Origin: Zygnema circumcarinatum SAG 698-1b
Lineage: Eukaryota; Plantae; Zygnematophyceae
Direction of reading: 5' to 3'
Length of the DNA stretch: 64,000 bases
Assembly: GCA_037447605.1 (NCBI GenBank)
Contig: CM074805.1
Span: forward strand, 2,451,361-2,515,360
Below the pieces are notes generated by a model. It worked only from the letters and a program-made list of their open reading frames with translations. It had not been told where the DNA came from and did no database searches. Both the position numbers and the translations under genes were made by a program. How positions within the stretch are numbered: the first letter of the stretch is position 1; every line of letters begins with the position of its first letter. This document shows, one piece after another, positions 1 to 13,026 of this stretch.

Positions 1-24
1 GTCCTTCGCTTCTCCTCGAACGGC

Positions 25-30
25 CACGTG
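25..30. promoter_or_regulatory. G-box (CACGTG in GCCACGTGGC) about 460 bp upstream of the DUO3 start
   Basis: Sequence cggCCACGTGgcg. The motif is seen directly; function is inferred from position only. Confidence 0.3.
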
Positions 31-257
31 GCGTGGTTGGACAATCTATGTGTGCGCTCCGCCGGGTCCGGCTACGGACCGGGTCTGTGTCTGTGCTGCC
101 GTGTCTGTCACAGTCTCCACTCCATAAAACGAAAGGTCCGCGCTCGAGCACTAGTGGTTTCCGGGAGAGGGGACGGGGGCTCCTTGACATTGTTCCCGTG
201 AACAGAACTAAACCGTGGGAACATGTGTGGCATGGCCGCATGGAGCATGCACATGGC

Positions 258-287
258 GATGATGTTGATGATGATGATGATGATGAT
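258..287 (+). repeat. (GAT)n microsatellite upstream of DUO3
   Basis: About 10 GAT units with one GTT interruption. Confidence 0.9.
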
Positions 288-484
288 GGGCATGGGCTGC
301 ATGGCGCATGTCCCCATGACGGCCCCGCCCCATCATCATCAAACGGGGACACTGCGCGGGGAGCGCGGGGAGCGCGGGGCGGGATGTTTCAGAATTGAAT
401 TGCTGCGAGCGAGCCATCGCCATGGCTTGGACTGCCCTGCGATAGGAGAGGAGAGCAGCACAGGGAGAAGAAGAGGGGGAAAGA

Positions 485-3400
485 ATGGGGGTCCGGACGG
501 GGGAACGGGGTCTCGAAAACGAGGAGGAGGAGGAGGAGTCAGACGAGGACGACGGGGATTTCCACCCGCTGCTTTGTCGCTTGGAGGGCGACCATGGCTG
601 CTCCTCCGCCTATGCTTCCTCTGATGACGGCGATGGAGGGAGAGGCATTTTTGGGCATGCGAGGGATGAGGGATGTGTTGTTGGAAGCGAGCTCGATGAA
701 GAGCAAGCGGAAGGAAAAGATCATGCCGTTGATGATGGTGAGGACGACAATGATAACGACGACGATGATGACGACGATGATGACCACGGTAATGACGACG
801 ATAATGATGCTGGCCATGATGATGATGATGACAATGGTGTGAGCAAGGAAGGAGAGTCCAATATTGGTAAAGAATCCAAGACTTCGGAAGAGTTTCAGGA
901 GGAGAGCTCAAGCAGGAGCAAGCCGAACGAGCGTGGAACTCCAACAGGCACGCTGGTGGAGAAGGATTCTGACGCAGGATGCAATGGAACTTTTCCCTTC
1001 GAACGCGAGCTGGAGATAGTGGGAAACGGCAAACAACATATTTCAGGCGTTGTCAGCACTGCTGAGTGTGACGGGTCATCCACACGTAATTGCGTAGCTG
1101 GAGGGAACTTAGAGACGCGGTCCATACACAGCTCTGGAGGGTGGAGAGAACCGAGCGAGTTCTCATCGAGGGCAGGCGATCGTTATCATAGTTGCCAGGA
1201 CATTACTAAGGATAGACAGAACAAACGCTTGGAAGCTGACGTTTCAAGCGATGATGGTGCTGCGGTTGATGACGGTAGCCCTGATAGCCCAATTTGGAAA
1301 CGCACTCGTGCCCACCTTTCCTTGGAAGGCTTATCATTGGATGACCTCGAATCTTTCTTGCAGCACTCAGACGAAGAGGATTACTTCCAAAAAATTGATG
1401 AGGAGGCTGAGTATGCGAAGTTTGTTGCAGCAGTCATGGCCCCTCAACCGCTGCCTGTATCGCCCTCTGCAGTGGAAGGAGAGGAAGATGAGGCTTTGGA
1501 GAAGCCTTCAGATGCTCATGCAGATGGCAACACAAAGAGACATCGGAATATGGACGCGGCCATCATGGTTTCGGACATTGAAGATGATGAGGACGACGAG
1601 GACTTTTTAGCCGATCATGAATTTCTTGCTTTGGATGATGGCTTGCCGTTGGATAACTGCTGGCAGAATGAATCAAATAGCTTGCCTCTTAAGCTGCAGA
1701 AGCAACAGCGAGGATGCAAGCGGATCAAACGATACTCTCAGGCCTCCAGGAAGCCGGACTTCCTCTCTAAGCGCACAGCGTCGCTGCGACCCCTTGTTCC
1801 ATATGTTAATACCTTACCTCGCCAAATTATTCATAGGAGCGGTGCTGTGGTAACACCAGCATTGTCTGGTTTCTCCTCAGAGGTTGCTGACTCGGGTTTG
1901 GGCCCCGTGCCATCAGTTACATCCTTAGCAGCACAACCAGCTTTGCAGACCAACCCCACTCCCTCAGGTTTCTCGTTATCTCAAATAGGCCAATTGTACG
2001 CCTTGTTCTATGAACATGTGCAGCTTCTTATTCAGATACATGCCCTTTCAGCTCTTGAACCTCCTAGAAATAGCGTTTCACAGTCCACTCACTCTCTCCT
2101 CCTGGATTTAGCAAAGACTTGGAAGGCTGCTACACCTGCCAGAACGCCTGGCCTTCCTGCAGCCTGCTTCTCGCCTCTCCCCCTGTCCAATCCTCTCTCA
2201 GCAGCTGTTGCGCCATCCGCCCACTTGGACCTCTCGTCCACCTTACCTGCTCCTCAAACAGGGGGCGCCCAAACGTCCTATTATCAGGACAATTGGACCC
2301 CACCAATGAATTCCTCTGCTGCGCGTTCTGTTCTCGATGTACCCCCTTTAGAGCTCCTGGAAAGTTATTTGGCTGACATCAATTCTGGTACATTCGTGTC
2401 CTTAGCTGGTTCGTGTCACTCACGCTTTTGTGTGCTCTTTCCCTACATGGTTGCCTGCACTCGGGATTATCATTGTTGAAGTGACGATTGGTCAAGTTAC
2501 TGCACAGTGCATATTGTTTGTTCCATGGGAGCAAAATACATGGTTCTGTAAGCCCAAGCTATTGACTTATGTGACGCCTTCAAAAGATAATTGCGACAGC
2601 TGATCATTTTCAAGGGGCATGCGGCAGCTATACAGAGGCGTGGTGCGGAGCAGTCCAATTCGGGGATATCAGTTTTGATCCCAACGTCAGAACGTGTTCC
2701 TTTGTTCCATAAAGGCCACTCGGCAGATGTCCACGCCTGTGATACTACAAGGAAGCGTAATGCTAAATCTAGCGTGACGCTTAAGCAGCAACGTGGAAAG
2801 AAGTCACGTTTGGCAGGAAAGGAGTTTCCCATTGCGCTTGTTCCATTACCAGCTGCTTCTGCAGCATCGCGATTTACTCAATTGTTCAATCCGGCTCTTT
2901 TTCCTACAACGCCTCCACAGGAAGGCATCGTTAAAAGAGTGCTGTTCACAGAGTCTGAAGACTGGTGAGCCTTGCAGGTTGAATCAGTGCACTCCAATTG
3001 CACTGGCAGTCAGGCTACTGATCTTACACTAGGGTTGTGGTATGCATGGGAATTTGCACATTGAACTATCCAGGATCTCTAGGTGATTATCAGCCAGGCT
3101 GCATTGTTCTCCTGATCTCCTAAGCTACTTTAAGGTGCTATTGTGAGCTACATGGTTAGAAGCATTTCATGAACACTGAATGAGATGTAGAAACGGGATT
3201 CTCATACAGAATCGGGATATTAGACATATTGAAGGGGACTATCGCAATTTAAAAGGTGCAGTTATTTGTACTAGCATCCACATCTGCTCCTTCAGGATTG
3301 GCAAGTTCCAGTGCTTTGCCTTTTTGAAAAGTATGGACTAGTTGATTAGTAGCCTTTTGCCCGAAGCATGGGCAAGGTTTCTTCTGCTGTGCGCTGACTC

Positions 3401-6400
3401 TATGCTCAAGGCTGTGACGTCTGATTCTGTACTCTATGAATGTCGCTTTAGTAATTACCATGGATCTCATGTTTCTTTGGCTCTTCATGTTCTTGAAATG
3501 AAATGAAATGATGAAGAAGAAATGTTTCAGAAATGTTCTTTTCCTGCTGTAATGTTTGTTTTTCCCTTTTTCCCTCGTTATGGCAGGCTACTTGCAATGG
3601 GAGTAGAACTTTTCAACAACAATTGGGAGGCAATTCACCAGCGTTTTCTTCCTGCGAAGACACCCCATCAGGTAAAGTTGGTCGTTTGTACGTTCTCTGA
3701 GGGCGTACCACAGGTTCATTGCATGACACTTAACCTGAGCCAAAGGATTGTCATCATTCAGCTCACTCAGTAGGCAGAGCAGTTTGGGAGCCCCGATGGA
3801 CAGTGGGATGCTGGCAGAAACTATCTGTCCCTGTCCACCTTTTAGACTGTTTTTTGTCGTTCTCTCTTCTGGCGATGGTCGTGGATTTGATAGATGTTAA
3901 GGCATGCACTAGATCATTTCTTTAAGTTGTCGAACACCAGTCATCTTTTTATATTTGTTCACCTTTAGTGGTTTTTGTTCACTATACCACCCTTTTCCCC
4001 CGAAAGCCTTGTTCAATGCCGTACTCTTGTGTGGAATGGTTGTAGTTTGTGATTGAGGGTCTTTCGATTATTTTTCGTCAGTGTAGCCTCAAAATTGCGG
4101 TGGTGGTGAGCGCAGATCTCAATCCGGTACAAGAACTGTGTCTCAGGACGGCAACCATTCAATCCGATCAAGGTTTGCTCAGAAACTACACTCTTCCTTG
4201 GAGGACGAACAGACCTTGCTTGTACCTTTTCTGCGAAAGATAGTGGAAATGGAGCACATAGGCTTTCTTATGTCAAGTTTATTGCTGGTTTATGTTTTCC
4301 GCATCACATCAGAGCACAGTAATTGTGCAGTGAGTACTCACCCGAGGCGGAAATGTAACTTGAACTTGGATTACTGAGGGGGTGGGCTTTTCTTCCTTGG
4401 TTTTGATCGCTACCTTCCATCTCAACTTTCGGTTGCGTGCAGGCAGTACGAGAGCGCAAACTGTCCCCTTTGACGGTTCAGGAGAAGCTGAGCATCAATG
4501 AGGTGAGAGTTGGAGCAGGGCTGAGCTCCACTTGAAACGGCGACGAAACATTGAACTTACAAGGAACTGATTCTGAAGGCCGATCTTGAAGCGATTCCAC
4601 ACCTGAGGAGAACAAAGTCAAAAAGTAACGCTTCTGCGAGGAAATATCTAATATCTAACTTTCGCTCCTCTTGTTATTTTGGTGGTGCTGCAGGCCCTCA
4701 AGGTTCAGCGGATGGACTGGAATCAGGTGTGGCAGTGTTGTGTCCCTTACAGGGACCCTGCACAACTGCCTCGACTCTGGCGAGCAGCTTGTGGCTTGCC
4801 ATTGCAATCTCGGACTGCTGCAAATGCGCAAAAACATCGTCTGGCAAAGCGGAGGCGGGCTGCACAACAGCTCGAACTATCGAAGTTGTTAGGTTTGGGA
4901 GGCGAGAAAACGACCAGCAGCTTCCAAAATGGAATGGGTGTGGTAAGTTGTAACGAAGACGAGATAACTTTCAGCATATAGTTTGAGCCCACTGAGTCTT
5001 TCGCGTAGATCCTTACCCAGTAAGCAGTTCACCCCTCCATTTTGATGGCCTTTTTGTTGATTGGACAGGCCATTGTGGAGTCGTCAGAAGAAAGGACAGA
5101 GTCTGACGACGATACGGACGATGATACGAACTCTTTTGAAAATGAATTTATTCGAGAAGCATTTCTGCTGAAAGACGCTTCCCAGCCTAAAAATCCCCTC
5201 TTACAGAATGTGGCCGCGTCTAGTGAGGTTTCTTCGCACCCATCCGGAACCGCTACTAAACCCAGACATGAGAACGCACAGAAATCGCTTGCAGAGCAAA
5301 CCTCACCAGCAGTTCTGCAAGAAGATGTGGGCACTTGCACCTTGGCAGGTAGGCATGCAACGTCAGTGAGCTCATCCAGTGGCGTCCAAGCGGTTGCGTC
5401 TGTGCTGATGCAAGACATTAATGCCGTGCAAGGGGAGAGTGTCGGCACCCATATCTCAAGGATCAACGAATGCCAGCAATTTACTGAAAACGTACCGCCA
5501 AGGTCGGCCCATCAAGGTGGTTCTGGATGGAAAAGGCGAACTAGGACATCAAAAGTGGCTGTACGGAATCTACCTCCAATTGTTTTGCCAAATGGAAAGA
5601 TAATATGTCTAGGTAACCAAGGGACTTCTTCAACAATGCCTCAAGGTGCAGCGATAACATTAAAGGGACAGGCACCGTGCAACCAAGTGAGTCGCTCGAG
5701 GCATGACATCGTAGCTGGTGTCACATCTGGCAGTATGGAGGGTGTGCGGAATGGGCCACGAAAGAACTCTCGTGAACTAGATCGTTCACAGCGGCCTCGT
5801 CGTGGAGAAAATGGACGTTATAACAATAATGCGAGTCAGCGAAACGCGGTAGAAACTATGGGTAGTGGCATCCTTGCAGGAACTCCAAACCGGGCAATGC
5901 AGCAAACTGCAGTTGTCTCTGCGGGGTACGTCAGAAACGGCGGTCCAGCACAGCACGAGATTAATGCAGAGAGAGAAGCTGACAGATTAACATCACATGC
6001 GCATATAGAAACTGTTGTTGAAGGCGGTAGTGTTGTTGAAGGGCGAGGAAGGTTGTCTGGGGCGGAATTAGAAGGTATGGCCTCCGATCATCCACATCCT
6101 CTCTTGTTTGGCGGCGAGAAAAGAGCATCTCGCAAGAAGAAGAATGCAGTCCAAGCGAGGCATCAGGATGCAGAAAAAATTACTGTCCACTCAGACATTG
6201 AGAGAAATGTAGTCGGCAATTCAGAATTCGGGAACATCGCTTCTGGTTCTATATTGCAAGAAAGGAGAGGCGCAACGTCCAGATTGATTGCAATTAGTGA
6301 GGCTACAGCTCTTGACAGTTGGCTTCCTAATAAGTCGAGGGGTACAAACAGGGCTGAGAATGATAATAATCGACGAGTTTTTGATTTTGACTTGAATGAA

Positions 6401-6811
6401 GTAGATCAAGGCACGAGGAGCATACGAGCCTTTGATTTTGACTTGAACGAAGGCCCAGGAACTGAGGTGGGAGACGGGCGATTGCGTACATCTCAAAACC
6501 TCTCAGTGACAATGGCTGGGATCCTACAACAAAATAAGAAGAGGCGATCAGGACAGCAGCATAGTTATCCTGGTGGTGGATTCTATGCTGTCGGAAGGGA
6601 GATTGGAGCAAAGACCCTGCCGCAAGGTGAACCTCTTGTTACCTCGGATAAGGCTACTATGTCTCCAGCTAGAGTTCTGGAGGAGGCTCCGCACTCTGGA
6701 GGAGGAACAGGCACAGATAAGGATGGAACTCACTGTACAGACTGCCACATGATTGAATTTGAGCGTGAAGAAATGAGCGACTCTGAAACTGAACAGGAAC
6801 AAGGACGCTGA
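485..6811 (+). CDS. DUO3: DUO POLLEN 3-like (GON-4L/YY1AP-related, Myb/homeodomain-like) nuclear regulator, 7 exons
   Basis: Exons about 485-2387, 2628-2964, 3587-3671, 4116-4172, 4443-4502, 4694-4942, 5069-6811, all GT-AG and in compatible phase. Recognised DUO3 motifs: EEEESDEDDGDFHPLL, IWKRTRAHLSLEGLSLDDLESFL..IDEEAEYAKFVAAV, VLFTESEDWLLAMGVELFNNNWEAIHQRFLPAKTPHQISIRYKN..NPIKAVRERKLSPLT, WNQVWQCCVPYRDPAQLPRLWR, and C-terminal IEFEREEMSDSE. Confidence 0.9.
730..836 (+). repeat. Coding GAT/GAC/AAT trinucleotide tract (poly-Asp/Asn) in DUO3 exon 1
   Basis: Translates as DDGEDDNDNDDDDDDDDDHGNDDDNDAGHDDDDDN. Confidence 0.8.
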
Positions 6812-8782
6812 GGGGACAATCCAATAACTAAGGTAGAGCTCTTGAAGCCTGCCATGGTGTCTGTGTTTTTCGTGATCGTATGCCTCTGAACCTGTCAAGC
6901 ACGCTCATTTCAGATGCGCTAAACCTTCATTTTAGAAGAAGTGATTTGAATGTCAGGCTAGCATTGTAAAATAGCAGCAAGGTCTAACATTAACAAAATG
7001 CATCACCTTGAGTACACGATACGAACAAGACCTGTACTCGGGGTACTCTGGTCATTTTTGTAAGATGGCACAGGTGCAAGCCTCGTTTAAATTATAAGTG
7101 GGCATCTAAGCTCCTCTGTAGTGTGAGTTCTTTGTGTTCAGAAGGGCCAGAAGTGGAATTCATTCTCTGCTTCTACGAAGGTCGGTGTAAGGAAACATTT
7201 CTTACACAATAAAGAACAAAGAACGCATCTGTCAGCGCTCAACCCTAAAACGCGAAGGACTCGAGTCCTGGCTCTGGGAGCTTTTTTAAGGGCATTTGCA
7301 GGGTGCGTATCATTTGAACTTCTTGAGCGGGAAGTGAAGCTGTTTTGTTTGCAACTTCCTGCTTTTGCTTCAACAGTGCTCCAAGCCATTTTTCTGAGTG
7401 ATTTTGCTCGTTTTCTTTGTCTGAAGCGCTTTCAGAATTCAGGTAGATTCCGGACACTAGCTGCTGAATTCTCCATGCATGGCGCGCTTCAATATTGGTA
7501 GAAAAAATAAAGCTCCACCCTTCTTTTCAAAGTTTTCTCTCAATGGCCTGCTGCAACTTCGTCATTCCAACCTTTGGAGAAGCATTGAAACCGTGACTTT
7601 GAAAGGTGGGCGTCTGCCTCCCCAAGTTTTGGGAGCCAAGTGCACATACTTCTCATTAGGCCTTTTGTGGGCATCAAGCATCAATTATTTTGTTTAACAA
7701 ACCGACATGGAAACGCCTTGTTGTTTCTGTACATGTAAACTGCAGGCTTTTGCTTTTTTAATTCCGTTGTGAACGTAGTTTTGACAGTAGACAAAATTTG
7801 CACATACACATGACCCCGCGAGTGGCTCTCTGAGGCAGCAAAAAGCAATTCTGAGCAGAGGTGATAATGACTCGAGTTGACTAACGATTAGACCAACAGT
7901 GAGCCACTTCAGGCAAATTTCGTACGTACACAAGTTTCGGTTGGTTTCTTCTTTAGTCGGCTGGAGTCATTGCCGCCCCTAATCCTGAGGCTGATGATGA
8001 TATGTAGGCAGTGGAAGGAGCCGAACATAAGCATTTCATGCCGAGCTATGTTGCAAAGATCCAAGGACGATGTGGGCTGGCATTGACACGACATCACTGT
8101 ACAGTACATGGAAAGAGGCCATGTGAAGAGCCATTGCGAAAAGGAGATTTGGAAGGCAAAGGCAATCCGGGCTAGACATATTTGTGTCAGGCAACCCAGA
8201 CCGTATGGCTATCCACGGGGTTGAACTTCTTGTTCCCAGTAACAGCTATATTTTACACTAAAATATTAAAGGTTTTTGTTTTTTATCGTCAGCTTCCATT
8301 GGACGTGTCACCTGCGATTGCCGATGTCTACAGAAATTTAAGATTTTGCGTCAGCCTGTTCGTTATTTCAAGCCACAACAAAGTTTGAAAAGCGAAGCAT
8401 ATCCACATGTAAATGGTATTGAGTCTTTCCTTTGAAATGCCTTCAGCAAGTTCAAAAAAGTCTTACACTACAAGGAGACTTGAACTTATGATTGCATCTA
8501 GCTCCCTAGTAGCGACGGAAATTTAGTGTCAGCTCAGCACTGATCGGTGAAAGTACACTGAATGTACACATGGAGGAAACAGAAAAGGGGAACCCATATA
8601 TACACCCCCAGCCGCCTGAGGCCCACAAAAACCAATGTGGGCCTGTCCTTCCAACCCCTGACTGGCCTACCGAGCAAGCTCCTCTCTATTTTGACATACA
8701 GCGAGCAATGGCCAAAAACTGTCTTCTCCCTCGCACTCTACATTTACAAACTCGCGCACTTAAACCGTTACACCGGGTGCTC

Positions 8783-11700
8783 TCAGTAGTCCACCCCTCT
8801 CTCCATCTGATCACTGGAGCTCAGACTATTGTGACAGCTATTCTCCCCACCCTCAGATTCCACCGGCGAGGTGCCGCGGGAGTCGCGCCCAGAGATGCCC
8901 CGCACCATCTCCCAACCCGCATCGTCCTCAGGAAGAGAGCTGAACATGTTCAGGTCTTGGCTCCCATAAGTGAGGCTGCGGGTAGACCCTCCTCCCAAGA
9001 CAGCCATGTTTGCAGCATAGGCTGCTTCCTCGCTGTCGTCCTGTCTGAGATCAGGGGACTCCATGCGGGACACAGCATTGGCACTGCTGTCGGGGCCTGA
9101 GGAAACCGCAACTGTTGTTCCCACCGAATGAAGGGAGACCTGATCGAGAGCTCTATACAAATCCAGCATTGCTGTCACTGGCTCCGCCAATGACTCTACA
9201 ATGGATGCCGTGTCAGCGTATGCCGAATGCTTCTTTGACGGAGCGCTGAGTTGCGCTTTCAAGGTCTCTACATCTTCACAGAGGACGTCGAGCTCCCCCC
9301 TGCATGGAGAAATGTGTACAGTCGTAAGAAACCCACCAAACATACAGCTGGAAGGAAGGCATGCATGGAAGTTGAAGGCAAGCGCAAAAGTTTGAGGAGC
9401 ATTCATGGTCGAGGTGCTACTAATGTACAATATTGCATCAACGAGCTCACATGCCAATCACTGGATAATAAGAAATTGAAGAAAGCCATAAAAAGACTTT
9501 CAGCAACTTGCGTCAAACTCGACACATAGCATTCATACCAAAAAGCATTCTCCTGGAAGAACAGGACAAAGACAAAAACGTGGGACGGAACAACTGTTCG
9601 CAATCAAAAAAAGAGACACGACTGAAGTTGCGGAAGTAGAACTGAGTATACGGCTGCACAAGACAATGATAGCAAACAGCTCTCATTCCTTCAATCGTTC
9701 TTTTGTGCCCTCCCAAAGTAAAAGAACCACAACGAAAGTACCAGTCCAGAAACACAGAAAGTAAGGAGCTATGTAGCGCGTGTGATGAGTGAACTTACTG
9801 CAAGGCATCGACATCTTTGTCCCTGGCCATCAGAAATTCGCGTAGCTGCAAAGGCAAAATCCACATTGAGCGAAGCCCAAAACAGCTCAATACTCTCAGT
9901 CCATTATCATAGAGATAATGATCAAACTAGACCATATCCTCCGAATTCGACAGAACTGCACATTGACAAATGTCAAATCCAGAATAACGGTATGCAGCCT
10001 CATTCATCCTTGTTGCCAATATTGGCCAAAATTGGAGTTTCCACCGTTCACGTGATGATACTTTGCCCATCAATTCGCTACCATCATTTTACCATTGGCT
10101 TGCAGAAGTACATTTCTTATAAAAAAACATTGGCGCTACAATGGATTGTGCCGCAGGAAGGTCGAACAGAACACATACCTTCGTACAAGCCTCTGCCTCT
10201 GCGTCCAGCGCCTCTGACTGCTTGCCTATTTTGGCCATCTCCTCTTGCTCCTTGGCCAGTAAAGCCAAGGCATGATCCTCCTTTGCTTTCTTCTCACAAC
10301 TTGCGTTTTCCAGTTGCTTTAAGGCAACCTCCATGCGATGCATGAGTTCGCATCGCAACTGTATCAGGCACATTATACAAGAAAACAAAGGGAGTCACAG
10401 GTGTAACGAGCACCATGATATCACTTGCAAAAATCGATGGTAAATTGCTGGTTCCTCTACTTTAAGTTGAAGGTGTCAATGTCCTCATGCGTCAGTAGCT
10501 GTGGATCATTACGCAGTACAAGGATATCCACAGACTCCAAAACACAGCAACGCAATTCAGCTTACCTCCTCAAGAGCTTTACGTGCAGCTTCTCTTGTAT
10601 CCTTAACACTCCGCACCCGAGCTCGAAGTTCACGAGCTTCGGTGGACAGGACAGCCCGTTCTCCATAGACTTCCCCTGCGCGCTGTTTTGGTACAGCAGA
10701 TCATTAATCAGCTTATGCAATACACCACGATTTTTCCAAAATCAAGTACAAGAATAAGATCCCATTTCCAAAAAGGATAGCACAGAGAAGCTGAATCATA
10801 AAGCCAACACCGACAAGTCAGGGTGCATAAGCTCTTACCGACTCAAGGCCTTCGCGAGCCCTCAGCAAATCCCTGCGCAGTTTCTCCACCTCGACCATTA
10901 CTACTTTCTCAGCATTCTCGGCGTCCTTCTGAGCAGCCAGTGCTTCATTCTCCTTCACAAAAGTGATGGCCGCAAGCTTCTTCACATCTTGGATACAATC
11001 CTTCAAGTCTTCCTGCACAGTAAACCAAGGCTGTCCGCCATGTAAACTGGACCGTGAAAGATGCATCGCACTAAAAGTCAGAACAATCCCCCAGTCAAGC
11101 ATACTACAAAAAGCAGCATACCTTGTTTTCTGTTGCAGCAAGAACTAACTGATCGAGGTCCTCCACACGTACGAATCCAGCCTGTGAACTGCTAGTCAAA
11201 CTTTCCCACAGAGATTCCGAATTGCTGCCTCCTCCACGGTTATGATCAATATCGATCTCTCTTTCGCTACTGAGTACCGGAGTTGAAGAAGCCTCGGGAC
11301 TGCCAGAAATGAGTTTCTCCTCCGCATCAAGGTTCAGGCCAACGTCCACTGCACTCGATGATCCTCCTATGTGTTCGTCAACAAACGATTCTCCTCCTAT
11401 TCCTTGACCTGCTTGATTTCTGCTGGCAGGACTCAAAGGCAAAGCATCTTTCACATCCCAATACTGTGATCCTGCTTCGCAGGGGCCATCTATTTCATGC
11501 TCTGCCATAATTGAAACAGAACCCAATGTTCCAAGAAATTCCACTGCATCTAGAGTTGCCTCCGTACTCTCGGTTACTTCTCCTTTCTGGGCCGAGAGGG
11601 TCAAGCCCTCATGGCAAGTACGAACTCCTTCAACACTGTCGAATGGGCTGTCGCATGACACCGCACCATGGGCAGGCGGGAGTGGGACCTCAGCAATCTG

Positions 11701-12517
11701 CTCAATTCCCGAAATCATTTCCTTTGCTCCGTCGGTGTTCACTGTGTTTAGAAGAAAAACAGCACCAACGTGTCAAACAACTTTCATGTGACTCGAACCA
11801 TTCCCACTAAATTTCACCGCAGATTCCAAAACATGGTGAATATAGGAGAAGCCAGGCAGCGCGTACACTTCTTACTACCCATGAATATAATAGATTACCT
11901 GCACCTGCACCCAGGGACGCGTCAAGTCTTCCATTCTCGATGACATCATCAATATTTTCCTGGTCACCAGTAAGAGATTCGACGACCTTTGCCGCTATTG
12001 CATGCTTAAAGCCGTTTTTGCTATCTTCGCACGTGTCTGCATCTTGAATTTGTGGCGGACACTCGGACGACGTGGCGTGAATTGAACGCACAGATTCACC
12101 ATTAGGAACGCGCGTAGCACCTGGTTGGAAAAGAGCGTACAGCAAAACAGGGTTCGTGAAAAAGCTACAATGCAAAATGCAATTCCAGACACTCGAGTCT
12201 AAGCTGCAACGCGAAAACTAAGTACAAAATTCTCAACAAAGTGCTCGCTCGAACACCACTTCTTAGTTCAATAGCCAGTGACGAAGTTTAGCCTCCTCCT
12301 CCTCAGCAGCCATACCCTTCGGAGGCGCCTCCTGCATCTGTTCCTCCGGCGGCTGCTCGTCCTCCATCTCCGGGAGCACCTCCGCCACAATCCAGGCCGC
12401 CGCATCCTGTATGTCCCGGGAGTCAAGCAGTGCGTATCTCAAAATTCTCTCGTCCACCATCGGAAACCGTTCCACCATGCAGGCCATGGCCACCTCCAAG
12501 CTGAGAGGTGCCGCCAT
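8783..12517 (-). CDS. CUE-like domain + coiled-coil protein (AT1G03290/AT4G02880 ELKS/Rab6-interacting/CAST-like family), about 8 exons
   Basis: N-terminal MVERFPMVDERILRYALLDSRDIQDAAAWIVAEVLP fits the CUE consensus (FP..D..L). Conserved family blocks: AGEVYGERAVLSTEARELR (exon about 10567-10682), ALLAKEQEEMAKI..LDAEAEACTK, LREFLMARDKDVDALQ (exon 9799-9845) spliced to GELDVLCEDV (exon from 9299), and C-terminal DDAGWEMV. Confidence 0.82.
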
Positions 12518-13026
12518 GGCTGCCCCAGCGCCTCCCTCACTCTTCTTCGCCCTCTCCCTCTCCCGCCAACTGTAGTTTCCCCCCTCCGCCCTTCTTGGAC
12601 AGTCCCGTCCTCGGCCCGGGCAGCCAAAAGGTTTCAACCTGCCCGCGGCCCTGCTTTTGGCTGCCCCCTTTTCCCAGCCCCGCGGATAGAGTCCCGCATC
12701 ACCCAAGGAGGCGCCACGTCGTGCGGGACACGCAACGTGGACCGTCGATGGCAACTGTAAAGTCACGTGAACCGTTGGATCGCTCCCACGCAAGTGGGGG
12801 GGAGGGGACCATTTTCCGTGACCCGCAAGGCAGCTCTCCCCGCCGTCCCTCTCATGGTCGCTGTGCGCACACCGCAAATGAAAATGGATTCATCGGCGCA
12901 CGACGATGCCGTAAGGATGAGTGGACAAGACAACAAGGAAGGAAGAATGGACATTGCTCTCGCGAGGGCATCGAGGGTGGGTGCATGCATGCACCACAAC
13001 AAACAACAACAACATGGGAAACGAAA

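Noticed and set aside
10597-10607. U12-type signals GTATCCTT(AAC) here and at 54960-54967
   Set aside because: Both are on the strand opposite to the host genes, and the first lies inside a coding exon.
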